From: Lama guanicoe
Taxonomy: Eukaryota
Assembly: GCA_013239625.1 (NCBI GenBank)
Contig: MU054323.1
Location: 2,654,161 to 2,718,160, forward strand
Length of the DNA stretch: 64,000 bases
Direction: 5' to 3'
Position 1 is the first letter of the stretch. The number at the start of each line of letters is the position of its first letter. Positions 35,081 to 49,020 of the stretch are shown one piece after another. The notes beneath the pieces are model-generated. The model ran no database searches, was not told the origin of the DNA, and was given only the letters and a program-made list of their open reading frames with translations. The position numbers were made by a program, and so were the translations under genes.

Positions 35081-37741
35081 GGAGCTAAGTGGTCCCCTGA
35101 ACCCCACGTGAACACAGCTGTGCTAATGAGACAGAGTAATTGGTGCTTAACAGTTAAAGGCAAAATGTGCCCTCAGGGTGACAAGAAACTTCCAGATTTT
35201 CTTGTTGGGCTACCTAGTGAAGGATGCCCCGAGATACAAACCAGTGACATCCATGCATGAGCACGGCACAGACGCCCAGGAGACAAGTTGGGTTTGCCTG
35301 TGAGGCCACAACTCTTCTAGACAATGCCTTTCCTCTACTTCCTCATAAAGTCCTCTCCTTCTGCTGTGGCCTTGGCTAAGCCAGGTGGTAAGCTACTTAA
35401 AAACACACAAACACAGACACAGAAGAACAAAAGCAGGAGTGAACATACACCCCCTGATAGCCTCCATTCTGCAAGTGTGTGGCTTACTGGTCTGTCAGTG
35501 AGGTGGATGGGGAAGAGAAGGCCATGGATACACAGTAGGGTCACTGAGGTCAGATCAGAGAGATTGGGACCAAAGCCTTTGGGGGATCCCCCAAGGGAAC
35601 GAATGGGCCACTGAGATCTTTTGCTTTTTCTGGGAAACCATACTCAACCACCACTCATGGTTCTTTTCTGCCCTCTGTGCTGAGATTCTGGGCAATGGGA
35701 ACAACTGTTAATGAGGGGGCTTCCATGTGGCAAATGGAATTCCAGCCCAGGCTGAAGAGCCGTATGGAGGATACCATGGATCCAGTCTGGTCTCAGAAGG
35801 ATGTGGGCATGATTGCTATTTTTAAGAAGCTGATAAAAATTTATAATCAGACACAGAAGAATGACTGCAAAGAAATTTATACTGAAAAGGTCTGAGCTAG
35901 GGACATCTACTCTATCTTTAGTGCATAACATATGATTTAGTTTGGAAAAGTGTGGAAAGTTTACCTATACATCTACCAAGCCACTGTAGTGAAGCATGGC
36001 TGAAAAGATCCCATCATCCACTGCACCACTAGAAAGCCTGGCCCGTGCTAAGTCAACGCATATTCCATGATCATGAGCCACCTCCAGCCCCTTCTCCAGG
36101 GCACCCAGCTGTGGACTGTAGAACTGACTAGGGACACATGCCCCACCACCTTCTCATCTGTCTCCTACTCCTTCTCCAGGCCAGCAGCCAACTGTATCCT
36201 TTTGCAAATCTCTGCTACCTAGATCGATTTGTTCTTTCCATCTACCTCAATTTAGTGCAGCCATTCAACCACCACCCTCTTGTCTCCTATATTTCTGGAT
36301 AAATCAGACCTTTGGTGACTACTCCATCAACAAGAAATGTTCCATCTTTAAAGTGTTGCTTTGTTGCACATTTTATGGGAGATCTTGGCAAGAAGCAGGT
36401 TGTGACTGGGCGATGTTATTTTCTCAAAAACTGTGAGGTCTCAAGAAAAACGCTGTCTGAGGGCATGTCCGAAATGCTGATTAACACCTGGAAAAGCAGA
36501 CACCAGAGGCCTGCTTCTTAGGCAGACTTCCAGCCTAATTCACACAGCATACCTAGGAGACTCAAACACCAGTTAGCACCCTACCCTGCTGAAGAGGGAA
36601 CTAGTTCTGGCAGTACAAGCACTGGGGCCGCTTATCTCAGGAAAAATCAAGGCAAAGTTAAGCCCTGGAACCAGACTTGCTCACTTGGCTGATGGAAGCT
36701 GTCAGTGGACCTGGGCTCCATTTGGGTAGACATTAATCTGCAGTGCTTGCCAAAACCTCAGCAACTGGACTGATAAAGCCATTGTACAAAGTATGTTGAA
36801 CTATTCCTTTGGGAGACGTGACTGGGGAGACCAAGTCTTCACACCCTCCCCATGTCTTCTCACAGTCATGTAATTGGCTTTGGCAGCTGGCATTATGCGG
36901 CATCCACAGGCAAGGAAGAATCCCCTTTTCTTTCATGTGGAGGGAGGTGACTCATGTCTAATTGGGAATCAGAACAGCAACTTGGCCTCATTGGCCCTAG
37001 ATTCCCATCAACTGAGTTAATTACTCCAGATCCATGGGCAGCCCCACTTCAGAATGAAGTAGAACCAGACACAGTTTGCTTTATCTCTCCAAAAGAATGG
37101 TATGATAAGCTCTGTTGCCAACGGCAGAATCAGCAACATTGCAGTAAAATAAAAAACAATTCCTCTTGGTCCGAGACATAACCACAATACTTTTTTGGAT
37201 CCAAATTCTGAAAGCTATGAGAGTGAACATCTTGTTCGTGTTGATTTTGGCAATTTCCAAAGATGCTGTGTGTATCTCCCTGCCACCCACTAAATCTCCC
37301 ACCCTTGCCACTTCATCAGTGACTCCAAATTCATGAAGAAAATCTGCATAAGAAAAATCCCCGCTCCTCATAAAACTACGACCTCTACACACAGGAATGT
37401 TTTATGGAAAAAGCACTTTCAAATGAAAGTTCTAAAATGTGTTTAAACAAGGCTTGTCTCATCGTTTGGGTACCACACAAAGAATAAATGTGTATCGTAG
37501 TGAATAATCGTCAAGCTCTGTGCTCCACGTACAACGGTGAAAGGGATCCAGCTCCAATGTAAGCACCTTGAGGGACCAGGGTTTAATTAACTGTGTAGCC
37601 CCAGAAACTCTCCGAGTTCCTGGAACATGGGAGATAACAAATACTTGTTGAAAGACTAACTGTCAGACTTAGCCACTTTGGGGGCTACGTAATAAATCCT
37701 GTGTGCCAACTTTTGGATAGAATTAACCCCTATATACCATG

Positions 37742-37785
37742 CTCTCTCTCTCTCTCTGAAAATCCATACACACACACACACACAC
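37742..37785. repeat. (CT)n and (AC)n microsatellites
   Basis: Read directly. Confidence 0.9.
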
Positions 37786-40700
37786 GTGATCAGTTTATCT
37801 AGGCTAATATATGCAAAGATAAAGAAAAGATATGGCACTAGATCTGGAAATTATAATTTAGAAAGGTCAGGAAAGACCGAAGATTCTCATGCCAGCATTC
37901 ACACCTCCTGAGAGCTTATACACTTGGGACAGGTAAAGGTGAAAGTACATAGAGCTCTGAAGTACCCTTTGGTTAACATTTAAAACTTCAAACTTTAAAA
38001 ATGGGGGATTGGAAACATACATTCATTTCTCTGCTTTTGCTCTACCTGTTTCTCGTTTGCTTATTTACTTGCTGTAGTTGATGTCTGGCATATAAAAACA
38101 TAAAATAAACCTATTGAAACACTAATGTTTTCCCAAAGATTAAGTGTAGAGGAAGGCCAGATGACTTCAGGGGAAGTCTCACTCACCAACAGACACCACA
38201 CACTCTCACACCCAAAGCTCTCCTTGCTTATGTTTGTTTCCCAAACTGATTAGCAGAGAGACTGGCTCGTTGAGGACCAGAGCCACAGATCACTTTTACA
38301 TATATGGCTTATTGCTTTTATGGGTTCTTGGTGACCATAAAGGTCTTGAATTCCTTTACAAATATAAAAACATATTTCCTCTTTTTGGGATACCAAGAGT
38401 TCATACCAAAGGCTGTGGTGAGATATTCTTGGTCTGTGCCTATGCGTAACTGAAGGCCACCTCCTCTGACATAAAGACAGTCATTAATAAAAGTGGAGTT
38501 TCTCTTTTAAAGAGACAGATGTACGTGGCCTGAACCTGCCTGATCTTGGATATCACTGTTGCCTAATGAATTGCCTCAATGACCAAAAATGCCAGTTAGT
38601 GTCATTAAAAGTTCCGAAAATGTATTTTAAAGGATAGAAACATGATTTACTGATACATCAGATTTTCCGATTTGCATTAAAAAGGATGTCAAGAATAATT
38701 CCCAACATTTCTGTAGAATGTTAGAGTTTGCAAAACCTTCTTTCCTTCCATGACCCCTTTTGAAATCCCTTACACCTGCCCACAAGGCAGACAGGGCAGG
38801 TTCCCATGTGATCTGCCTGCACCTCAAGTGGAAGGGTAACGGGAGTTAACAATGGGGTTCTTCCCAGTAACACATAATAAAACAAGATGCTAACCCACCA
38901 GTGCAGGACTTGCAAAGGAAATGTTATCACATTTACAATCCGTAGTCCAAAATCCTTTCTGAAATCTTTGAGGTTGAAGAGACTTAGAAGAAAGGATTTC
39001 TGTGGCAAGAACACTAAGCATTACACCACCCCTACACACACCCCATGAGGAAAAGAAAGGGAATGCATCCCTTTTACCTGTGGGAGGCTTCAGGATTCCA
39101 GTTTGGAGAGCTTGATCTGGGGTCTGAAGGCACAGAGACTGGTGCTGGCTCCAAGCCTAGAGAAGCCCAGGAGAGAGAGGCAGTGATGGGCTCTCCTAAA
39201 AGCAGAGGGAGGAGAGAGGCTGCCTTGGAAATGGCCTGGGTTTGGAGTTTCCCTGGAGTTCCATAAGGACCCTGTAGAAAGATACCAGAATATATCATGT
39301 TAATAAGACTCCTCCTGGAATCTGGGCAGCAAAATAACCCCAAGAAAGGCCAGACATGGGTAGCTGGAGTCAAGTAGCTGATCTGAAGGGGCATCAACTG
39401 AGTTAAAGGAAGAGCAGTTGATCCCCAGTATGAGCAGCGAGCTCCCACCAGACCCTGAGGGCGACAGTCTCTGATCGTGGTAGGCCCCATCCAGCAGCGT
39501 CTTTCTTGCTCCCTAACTCACTCCCTTTGGCCCTGGAAGACCCAGAGCCAACTCAGGACAGATGCTGGGAGTGCAAGAATAGCACAAGACAGGAAGCGGA
39601 GAAGACAGCCTCCCACCGCCGACTGCAGGCTTCCCGGCCTAAGGTGTTAATTACTGAGTTGCGGAAGCGGAGAAGCTTCAATGTAGAATGAAAATGAAAG
39701 CATCAAAAATTCAAAATATCTAGTGACTACACCATAAAAGCTCGACTGCCTAGCCACTGCTGATTACATTTCATGGGATGCCTGAGTCTAGGACTCGGGC
39801 TGGGGTTGGGTACCCCGCAAGTCCATTATGGAGAACCAAATCTGGGATAAAAGGAAGGGCAATCAACAGAGAACCATCGCAGGTAGGCTCTTCAGAGCCC
39901 TTGCTGTTGTGGAAAAAGACACACGGAACCCTCGTGGGCAAGGACCCTCACCTACAAGGCCAGTCCTTCCTCAGATGCTGGCTCTGTCCTAGGCACACTC
40001 CTTTCTCCCAAGTGAGGAGGTAAGGCATGGATCTGTCTCCAAGTAACCAGGTGACCAGCCACTCAAAGCCCTGTGTGCTGAGTCCCTAAACCTCACAGTC
40101 ACGTGGGAAGTCAGAAGATGGAAAAAGGAAACTTGAAGAGTGCGCTTCCCGAAGGGGACAGAGCTTGTAACAGCCTGGAAAGTAAGCAGATCCCAGACAA
40201 AGCCAAGCAATGCAGGATGGCCTCACAATTGCATTCTCTTGACACCGCCGGATTCTCTGTGAATTTCATTGTTTCGTAACACCCAAAGTGGTTTCATTTG
40301 AGCTCAACCATTGTTGACGATGTGCTTTCTCTGTCTGAGACACTTGTCAGACGCATCTCAGAGGAATCTCCTAGTTCCAGCTACAGCCCTGGCACTAACA
40401 TACCATATTACTCCGTGGACAAGTCCCTCTCTCTTTGCCATTCTCCTTCAGACTCCTGTATGTAAAATCAGAGCACAAAATGAGATGACCTCTAAGGCCA
40501 TCGTTGCTCCAGCACGTTATACCATGTATGGAGTCTGGAAGGATTTAAAAGTGGCTAAATTATGCAGCATTAATCAGCCTTTGAATTTGTATAGCATTTT
40601 GTAATCTTGGCAGAATTCTTGCGCAGTTCGTTACCTATTTGGTTTGTACCTTCACCTTTGATTCTAAGGAATCAGTGGTACTAGCCTTACTAAACAAATG

Positions 40701-41488
40701 AGGGACTGGACTGAGGGCTAGTAAACGAATTATCCCGGGTCACACAAACAGCAGGAGAGCTCGGACTAGGAGCGAGGCAGCTTGATTCCCAGCCTGGCCT
40801 CCTCTCCTTGCCCCACAAAGTCTGGTGTTTCCAGTTAAGAACGACACAGGCAGCCCCAGGGAACTAGCATTACACTGGTAATGCTAATGTCAGGTAACGA
40901 CATTGCACTGCTCTTTCTCGAAGTCCCAAAAGCTGGTCTGATTAAGTGGACTCCTCCCAGAGGGTCCTGTGAACCTCAAACAACCTTCTTTCTAAGTTTC
41001 TTTCAGTAACTCTGACCATTTGGAGAGAAAACAAACCCATACTCAGAGGAATTTAAGGTGTTATTTTAACTTTGTATACCATGCATAAAAAGTTACCCTT
41101 TCACTTGAGTTTTTGAGTATAAGTTGGGAAAAAGAAAAGATTTGGCACATGTTCTCCAGGTGAATGCCCCAGGGCCTGAAGTCTAACTCCAGGACAGCCA
41201 ACAAAACATCAGAGTCACCCCCTCCCTCCTCCCTCCCTTTTTCCCCCCAATTCCCCTCCCCTTCATTGCATCTCACCAGCCACCTGTGAGGTTCCAGACT
41301 TTCTTCAAGCAGTCTGAATTTAAAGCAAGAACTTAGCCCCAACAGTCAGAATTTCTTCCTGGCTCATTGTCTTTGTCTTGTGCACTGGAAGAAGAGAATG
41401 AATGCTATATTGTTTAAAGAGAAATAAAAATCAAGAACATATTCAGTCATCACAAAAGCACAGAACATCCTTATGACACAAAGACCCA

Positions 41489-41514
41489 ACACACACACAC
41501 ACACACACACACAC
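41489..41514. repeat. (AC)13 microsatellite
   Basis: Read directly. Confidence 0.95.
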
Positions 41515-41689
41515 TTACACAAATGGCCATAAACATAAATTACTGGATAGTTATTCAGAATGTCAGCAATCCCAAACCATCTAGGGCACAGCTATTAACC
41601 TAACAGAGGAAAATTCTCCTGAAAAAGGACTTAAAATATCAAATGCCCATTGACGCTGGCATTGGGGGGGGGGGCAACCTGCAAAATAC

Positions 41690-41835
41690 AAGCCTCACAA
41701 AATTCTCATTATAGGCATTGTTATTCCTGTTTTATAGAATAGAAAAACTAAGCCCAGGAATGTTAAGTAACATTGCCCAGCGAGACACGACTTATTAAAG
41801 AAAGATCTAGGATTTGAACTCAGGATTCTCTAGAT
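41690..41835 (-). mobile_element. MIR SINE
   Basis: CCTGTTTTATAGA..GAAAAACTAAGCCCAG..GTTAAGTAACATTGCCCA...AGGATTTGAACTCAGG. Confidence 0.75.
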
Positions 41836-44800
41836 ACAAATTCCGTGCTCTTTTCTCTGTTTCGTGCAATGTCTCCAGTGACAGGTAGCCGTCTAAAAAT
41901 TTGTCTGATTCACTCTGATTGGTGTCCTCAGGTCTTCGCCTAAGCTGTATAGCATAAAATAAGGAAGCAGCTATGAGCAGCAGTTGAAACATCTTCAAAG
42001 AAGCAACTAAAATACATAAAGACAGAAAAAAACTATAGCTAGCATTGCATATTATACTTTCTAACTGATTTTCACACGCATCACGTCTACCGATCATCAT
42101 GGCGCCGTGAGGCGGTTGTAACTGTCCCCGCTTTGCATTGAAGCGAAGTGCCTGTCACCGTGCTTCAGTGCACGGGCACAACAGCCAGGAGTCCCTCAGG
42201 AGTTTCTGAATGTTTCAGTGTTTTACAGCGTGGCGTCATCAGGGCTGGTCAGGCACAATTTGTATTCGGTATCTGCTGATGAGTAAGAGCAAATTTTAAA
42301 GATCTGCACCAGAAATGTTTAGCCTACAAAAAGTTTCTTCTTTGAGAAAGAATCATCAATATATGGGGGAAAAAAATCACTTTTGAGGAAGAGTTCACTC
42401 CTTCACAACGCATAGGTCCTACATTTCTTTCCTCACATAACACAAATCCAGCTCCGATTTTTGTTCATTAAACTTCTACGTGGATAGTTCTACCTATTCC
42501 ATGTGACATAAAATAACTATTTATAACCACATAAAGAGTGAGAATTACACAGGAGCATTAATACGATTACGTTCCCTAAACTGTTATTAAGAAAAACTCA
42601 TCCGGGGATGAGTCACAATCAGACCCACTGGCTCCCTGCTCAGAATTCTCTTCTACTTTGCCTAGTCCTGGAACCCTGCCTTCTGGAGGGGAAAAGTCAG
42701 CTAGCTACTGAGAAAGAAGTGCAGGTCTACTGGGAGCTTGGACCTCCACCCCAGGTAACCCTCAGATGGCCTGCAAATGGTACTGAGAGCATCGATAATT
42801 CTATCACTAATCAATTCCCCAAATTTGCCACTGCAGTAAGACGACTGTTACTGGCAAGTAAGTAGTATCCCCACAGGGCTGAGGGTGTGCTCTGCTCAGC
42901 ATCAGACTTTTCAGCTGAGTGGACAATCTGGTGTAACAGTGGCATGCTGGGAGCAGGGACACTGGACGCCAAAGCTCCCCTGGTCCTGTTGGTAACTTCA
43001 TTTCCCAAACGTTCATAATTAAACAGCTTTTATTGAAGTAATCAGCATGAGCTCCTTAGCTTTGTTTTTGCAACCGGTATCGTGTTTATGGAGCCAAATA
43101 TTAGAGACTTTGATACTGAATACCTCCTCGGACGTGTTAACGTTGGCAGGGGCTCCAGATTCTGAAGATGCCGGGCTGCCTCGGCACAGCCGCCCCTCCA
43201 GCCTCCAGCTCATCGGCCCCCCCAAACCACAAAGCAGCAGTTCTCCTGTAAGACTCACTTACAATATTTCTCCTGAAAGGCCCAGGGAATGGCGTGCAAT
43301 TGAAACAGGGTGAAATGTGATCTCAAAGTGTCTGTCGGACCAGAAGTTTTCAAAGAAAACATTTCTTAAATCTCGCGCTCACTGCTGTTTCAGCAGGCCA
43401 ATTAGATTGGATGGGACTTGGGGGGAGCTGTCGCCAGTCACTGCAGCAGGAATAGCAAACAAGACTTAAAGCAAATAAACGAGCCCCAAACTGGCATCCC
43501 AGGGGCCCCTGGCCAATGACCTCCTTCACTCCCCAGGCGGGATGGCCAGCCCACCCTCTGGGACCCAGGGCCGAACTACAGGTTAATCAGATGAGACACT
43601 GGTTAGCAGCCTCGATTACTAGAAAGTAATTAATCAGGGAAAGTCTCCAAACAGGAGAAGAATAAATAAACACCGGGCACATGCGGTCCCATTTGGGCTC
43701 TAGATAAGACTGCCATCCAGGTGTCCTGCTCCGGGAGCGCCCATTTATCTTGCTCCGGTCCTCCGAGGAAACGTGGTGACACTTCTCACATCTGCCTAGA
43801 AAATGCAAAGCCAAGAGGGCTCTGAGTGGGAAGAAGATGAGGGACTTTGGAAAAACTATTAGAGGAAAGGCTGGGGGGTAAGTGGGGGTTGTGGTGAGCC
43901 TTGCCCTCCCTGCATGTCCTTTTCCATTCTATGCAAACTCTGCCTTAGTTCCACCTTTCAAAAAAAAAAAAAAGGTTGTGTGGTTTTGCAAACTCCTACT
44001 CACTTAGAGAAAACCAGGAGCTCAAGTAGTGTTCTTAGGTCTGGGCATAAGGAGCCTACAGGGTCACTGGCACCTCGAGCATCTATTCAGCTTCAGAGAC
44101 TCGGGACAAGCTACAGAGGATTCAGATCATCCGAAATGACTAGTTTATTCTTCGACATTGACTTAGGGAAGAGGAAGATTAGGAAGGAGGGGAAGGAAAT
44201 GTAGTTAGTGCAAGTGGAAAGTATCAACCATTGGTCCAGCTTGACCTGACACGTCATATCAAATAAGGTCATTTGTTTACGTTGCATCTCTTTCCTTCTG
44301 GAGGAACAAAAAATGTCAGCAGCTAGAGAATGTGCGTAATGTAAACACGGCTGTGTTAGCTCAGCTTCAGGGAAAGCACATCCCAACGTAAGTCAGCGCG
44401 AGACATCCTCTGCTCCGAGGACAAGCACAATGATTTTAACCTAATGACCCGCTCTTAAACAGCTCTACAGCAAATCACAATTAAATAAATACCACTTAAT
44501 AGCAGAGATTTGTTTTACTGCTAGATTATTTGTGGGGAGAGATGGAGAAGGTTGAATGAGCCACTTAATCTTTAATTATAAAATTAAGGTAGTTTCCAAA
44601 TACTATTATGAATTCAACCTCCAACTAAATTTACAAAATGTCACAGCAATAAGTTATAGGCATTCTGGAACGAAACAGAGAAGCAAGGGAGGAGAGGTGT
44701 GGAGGTATACCAAAAACTGAGGTTGCTTTGGTTTGTTGTCTTAAGCTGAAGTTGAGTCTAGTGGCCTTTCTTCAGCCCAATGATGAGAACTATGTGGTCA

Positions 44801-47426
44801 GAGCCACTGAAATCATGGCACGGACACCAGTGAATGAGTTGCTGTGGAAAACTGCAGAACGGAGGGTCAGGAGAGCTGCAGTCAAGGCCTGGCTCTGCCG
44901 GGCCCTGGAGCACCAGGAAGGAGTCAGCTGGAATAGGGGAGGGAGAGCTATTATAGCTCGTGGCTGACACTGAGAGATCGGGAAAGCACTTGCGGGATCC
45001 GGTGACCTGGGCAGCCCTCCCCAGAGAGGGCCTCCAGGCAGCACAGACACCTCCTTCCCTCCAGGGCCCAGCCTCCCTCCCTCCCCGCTTCCTCCCTTCT
45101 CTGCAAAGCCTCACCTCACCCTCTTTGCTTTTTCTGTCCCATGACCTAACTGTGATATTTTCAATGTCTGATTTTCTCACGTAGGCACCAACACAAATAC
45201 CTCTGGGCAGGTGACCTGAGGGCGACGCATCACACTTTCATCTTGCCCCCCCACAGACCTGTACAACCACAACAAACTGACAGTGGTGTCCCCGGGAAAA
45301 CTGGGGCTCAATCGAAAGATGAGTCTTGCAAAGACTTTTCCTCTTGATGCCTCAAATGGTCCCTAGAAAGTCCAGACTTTCCAAAAATAGCTATGAGTTA
45401 ACTTCTCTGGTTGTGGAGGTCAAAAAAGGCACTCACGCTGATGATGAGGCCAAAGTCTTTCACTAGGACACAGCAAAGCCCGCTAGACGGTGGGCATCCC
45501 TCAGGAGCTCTGCCTCCCCCAAGTCACCTCCTCTAAAGTCACCACTTAGCCACTCACTGATGATGTCAAGGCCTCCGTGAGAGCAGAAGCCACGTTTTCT
45601 CCACCAGGACACCTAGAACGAGGCCTGAACCCAGTAGCTGCCATCTGTTCCACTTTAGCAAGCAGCTGCCTGGACCAGGTACTCTGCTGTCTCAAAACAT
45701 GCAGACAAATTAAATTCAGCCTCTCCTATAAAGAAACTGATAAGGAAGACAAGAATATAAGGAGATCACCATAATCCTAAATGGCACATGCCATGTCAGC
45801 TTGGCTGATGAATAGGTATCTCTTTCCTTTAATCCATGTCAAATAATCTCCAAGTCTTGTTGATTTTTAGAAATCGCTCGCTGAAGCAAAACCTTAGCCA
45901 ATGGCCCTTCCCTGAGGGTTGCTTGAACAGGAGTTCAAAGTCCAAGATGGAGATGATCGTCCTAAATCATGGTGATGTGTTCAGACTGTACTTGGAGGCC
46001 CCACACTGGCAGAAGGACCCTGACAGATGAGAACATGTTCAAGGGACAAAGAACAAGATGGTGACCAAACCCCAAACCATGACTAAGAGGGAACTGCTGA
46101 AAGAGAGCCAACGGGGGTCAGCTGGGCAAAGAAGACTTGGAGGACCCCTGAATACCATGTGAGGGCTTCAACAGCAAGAAGCATGCCCTGTCCACACGAA
46201 ACAGCCCCCCATGACTGTGCAGGCTGCGTGGTCTGTGTGCATGGAGCTCCCCGCAGCTGTGTGGCACACGACCCCAAAATCCCACGCAGCAACCCTGTGC
46301 ACGTCTCTCCCTCTGCTGTGCCCAGAAGAGCAGCCTCCTGATAAATGCTGGGTGGATGAGACCCACTGCTGTCTACTAATACAACATTTTTTGGTGAAAA
46401 ACTTCTGTGTAAAACATGGAGCAGATCTTTTATCACTTTCGTTGTTGTCCAGAATGGCAGAAGGAAGGCCAGTGGATGCAAAAATAAGAGGTTAGGTAAA
46501 ACATTTTTTAAGTTTTAGAGAACTTTCTATGAAGCAAAGTAGTCAAACTATGAAAGGGGTGATGCTCTCACAGATGCTCACAGGCAGAGGGCGGGTGAGC
46601 AGCTTCCCCAGCTTGGGGAGAATATTTCATTCTTGGAGGAGAAAAGTGGAGGTTGGGCTCAAGCCCAGGGCTGCCTTAGGTAAGCCCAAGGTCCTGGTAA
46701 AGAGCAAACTGCTGTGAGCAGAACACTGGGGAGTCCCAGAGCCTGGCAGGAGGTGGTACAAGAAGGATCTGAAAAAGTTAAATTTCTATTCAGCCCCAGA
46801 GAATGTTTATAGTTATTTCTTGTCAAATCAAAATGTTTCCAAATGACTCCTCAGGTTGGAAAATGCCAAGCATGACCACGTGGGTTTGCTCAGCAGGCAG
46901 AGGGACCTGCAATGTCGTCAGACTGCATTCTGCACACAGTGGAAGAAGTACCACGTCCCATCCCTCCTAATCTGATGAATCCTTGCCATAAATCCTGCCC
47001 AGGCAGTGGGCGGGGCGGCTGCTGGCACAGGGCGAAGTGGAGGGGGGGGCTTTACGAGGGCCAGAGGAGACAGCAGGCCGCCAAGCCCTCTGCAAGGAGC
47101 TAGTAAATCAGCCGTCAGTGAAAGCTCCATGCAGAAGAGACAGCCCCACCTGCAGAGTCTCCCGGGGGCCCGGAGCACAGGTGAACACAGGCAGGAGAGG
47201 AGGAGGGTGCTCTGAGTCGCCGTGGAGCCATGGGATCCTGGGGACCCAGGGAGTGAGGGTACCATAAGGCTGGATTCCACCAACTTCCCGAGAGCCTCCA
47301 GCATGCCACGCTTTCAATCAGTAGGCACCAAGCGAGATGCTGGGAATACAGGGCCACTGACAGAGAGGATTCCTGCCAACCAGTAGCCCACATTCAGAAG
47401 GGAGACCCAATCAGGGAAGAAAGAGC

Positions 47427-48245
47427 TGCTGTTAGTTTGCTACAGGTGCCATAACAAAACACCATACACCAGACATCAATTTCGCCACAGTTCTAGAGGC
47501 TGCAAGTCTCAGGCCAAGATCACACAGCATCCGCTTTATGTAGTTGCTGCCATTTTGCTTGGCCACGCAGACCGCGGGCACCGCAAACTGACACTAGCCC
47601 CCGCTGCAGGCACATGCCCTAGAAAGCAGCCACAGTGCCGCGAACAAATGAACGTTCCCAACAGGACTTCCCCAACAGCCCTTGTGACCAACACTGCCCC
47701 CACCAGCCCATCTGCCTTATGCAACCCCACGGGGCTCACCAAAATCTTGCCCTTTGGTTTGGATCCCAGAATCCCAAAGCACTCCACCCCACAGACCCTA
47801 ACAAAGGCACGTACCCAAGGTGGTCCTGCCCCTCCCTCTGCACCCTGCCTTGATCTCCCCGTGTGGCCCTGTGTGCACCTCCTCCCGGACCTGTGAACAA
47901 CACACCTCTCTATTTCAGTTCCCCTTGTGGAAGATTGCTGAACTGTGGCTCACCATCCAGGACCCTGTGCTCCATTTCACAAAAGTTAATTTGACAAACT
48001 CAAAACAGTTCTCGTCCTGGTTTGCTGATGGCTACCTTCGTGTGTCCTCACATGGCAGGGAGAGTGAGCTCCCCGATGTCTCTTCATATAGGGACACTAA
48101 TCCTATTGGATCTGGGCCCCACCCATATGAGCTCATTTAAACGTAATTACCTCTATAAAGGCCTTATCTCCAAATACAGTCAAAATGAGGGTTGGGGCTT
48201 CACCATACGAATTTGGGGAGGGACACAAACATTCAGTCCATAGCA
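47427..48245 (-). mobile_element. MLT1A/B-type MaLR LTR split by an ~470-bp insert
   Basis: TTAGTTTGCT..GCCATAACAAAACACCA..CACAGTTCTAGAGGCTG (47427-47520) and GTGTCCTCACATGG..GGACACTAATCC..TATCTCCAAATACAGTCA..AACATTCAGTCCATAGCA (48010-48245). Confidence 0.8.
47539..48007. mobile_element. Probable LTR nested in MLT1, family unassigned
   Basis: TGT...ACA-bounded segment of LTR size separating two collinear MLT1 halves; no clear TSD. Confidence 0.45.
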
Positions 48246-48249
48246 AAGC

Positions 48250-49020
48250 CCTAAAAAATAACTCTAATAAGATGTGATAAATGCTATAATGGAATTGAAC
48301 AAAACACTGTGGAGAGGTGACTCATCTAACAGAGAGGTTTGGGGGTGAGGGAGTAATCAAGGAGAATGCCACAGAAGAGGTGTCTGATCTGGTCCATGTA
48401 AGAAAGAATCCTCCCAGTGAAAAGACAGAGGAGGGAGACCACACAGGCTGGGGGGGAAGAGTACAAGCCTTAGAGTCAAGCTGTCCAGGTTGAAACCCTG
48501 CCTCTGATCCTACTAGGACTGTGACCCTGTGCAAGCATCTTAACTTCTCTGAATCTCAGTTTACTCATCTATAAAATGGAAATAAAAGTGTCTGCTCAAC
48601 AGGGTTCCTGTGGAGGCTAACAGATTAACTCCTGTAAAGGGGCTCAGTAGAAAGTGCTAGCCAGTAAGTGATGGTGTTCCAGGCAGAGCAGGGATGACGG
48701 CCTGCCAATCATATGCAGTCTTGAAAACAGATGGCCTGTTTAGGGAAGGGTGAGCAGTTCAATGTGGCAGCTTTTGGAGCATCAAGGAGAGGTCAAGGAC
48801 GTGGGATGAGTCCAGATTGGAAGTTTATTTAATGATGCACTAAGGAGTTTGAGCTTTATTCTGAGAGCTCTGGAGCTGCGGGAGGACTTGAAGCAAAAAA
48901 AGTGACATGAAGAGGCCGAGATTTCAGGAAAATCACTCTGGTGTCCACGTGAAGCAGGAGCTAGAGGGAGCAGGAGAACAGGGCCGAGGAGCGAGGCTTG
49001 GGCATCCAAGACGGCAGCCA
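48250..49020 (-). mobile_element. L2 fragments with a nested + strand MIR (48460-48670)
   Basis: L2: TAAGGAGTTTGAGCTTTATTCT..GGAGGACTTGAAGCA..AGTGACATGA..AAATCACTCTGG. MIR: CTTAACTTCTCTGAATCTCAGTTTACTCATCTATAAAATGG. Confidence 0.7.

Noticed and set aside
37081..37392. 103-aa minus-strand ORF in repeat-poor sequence
   Set aside because: No recognisable homology or convincing splice boundaries.
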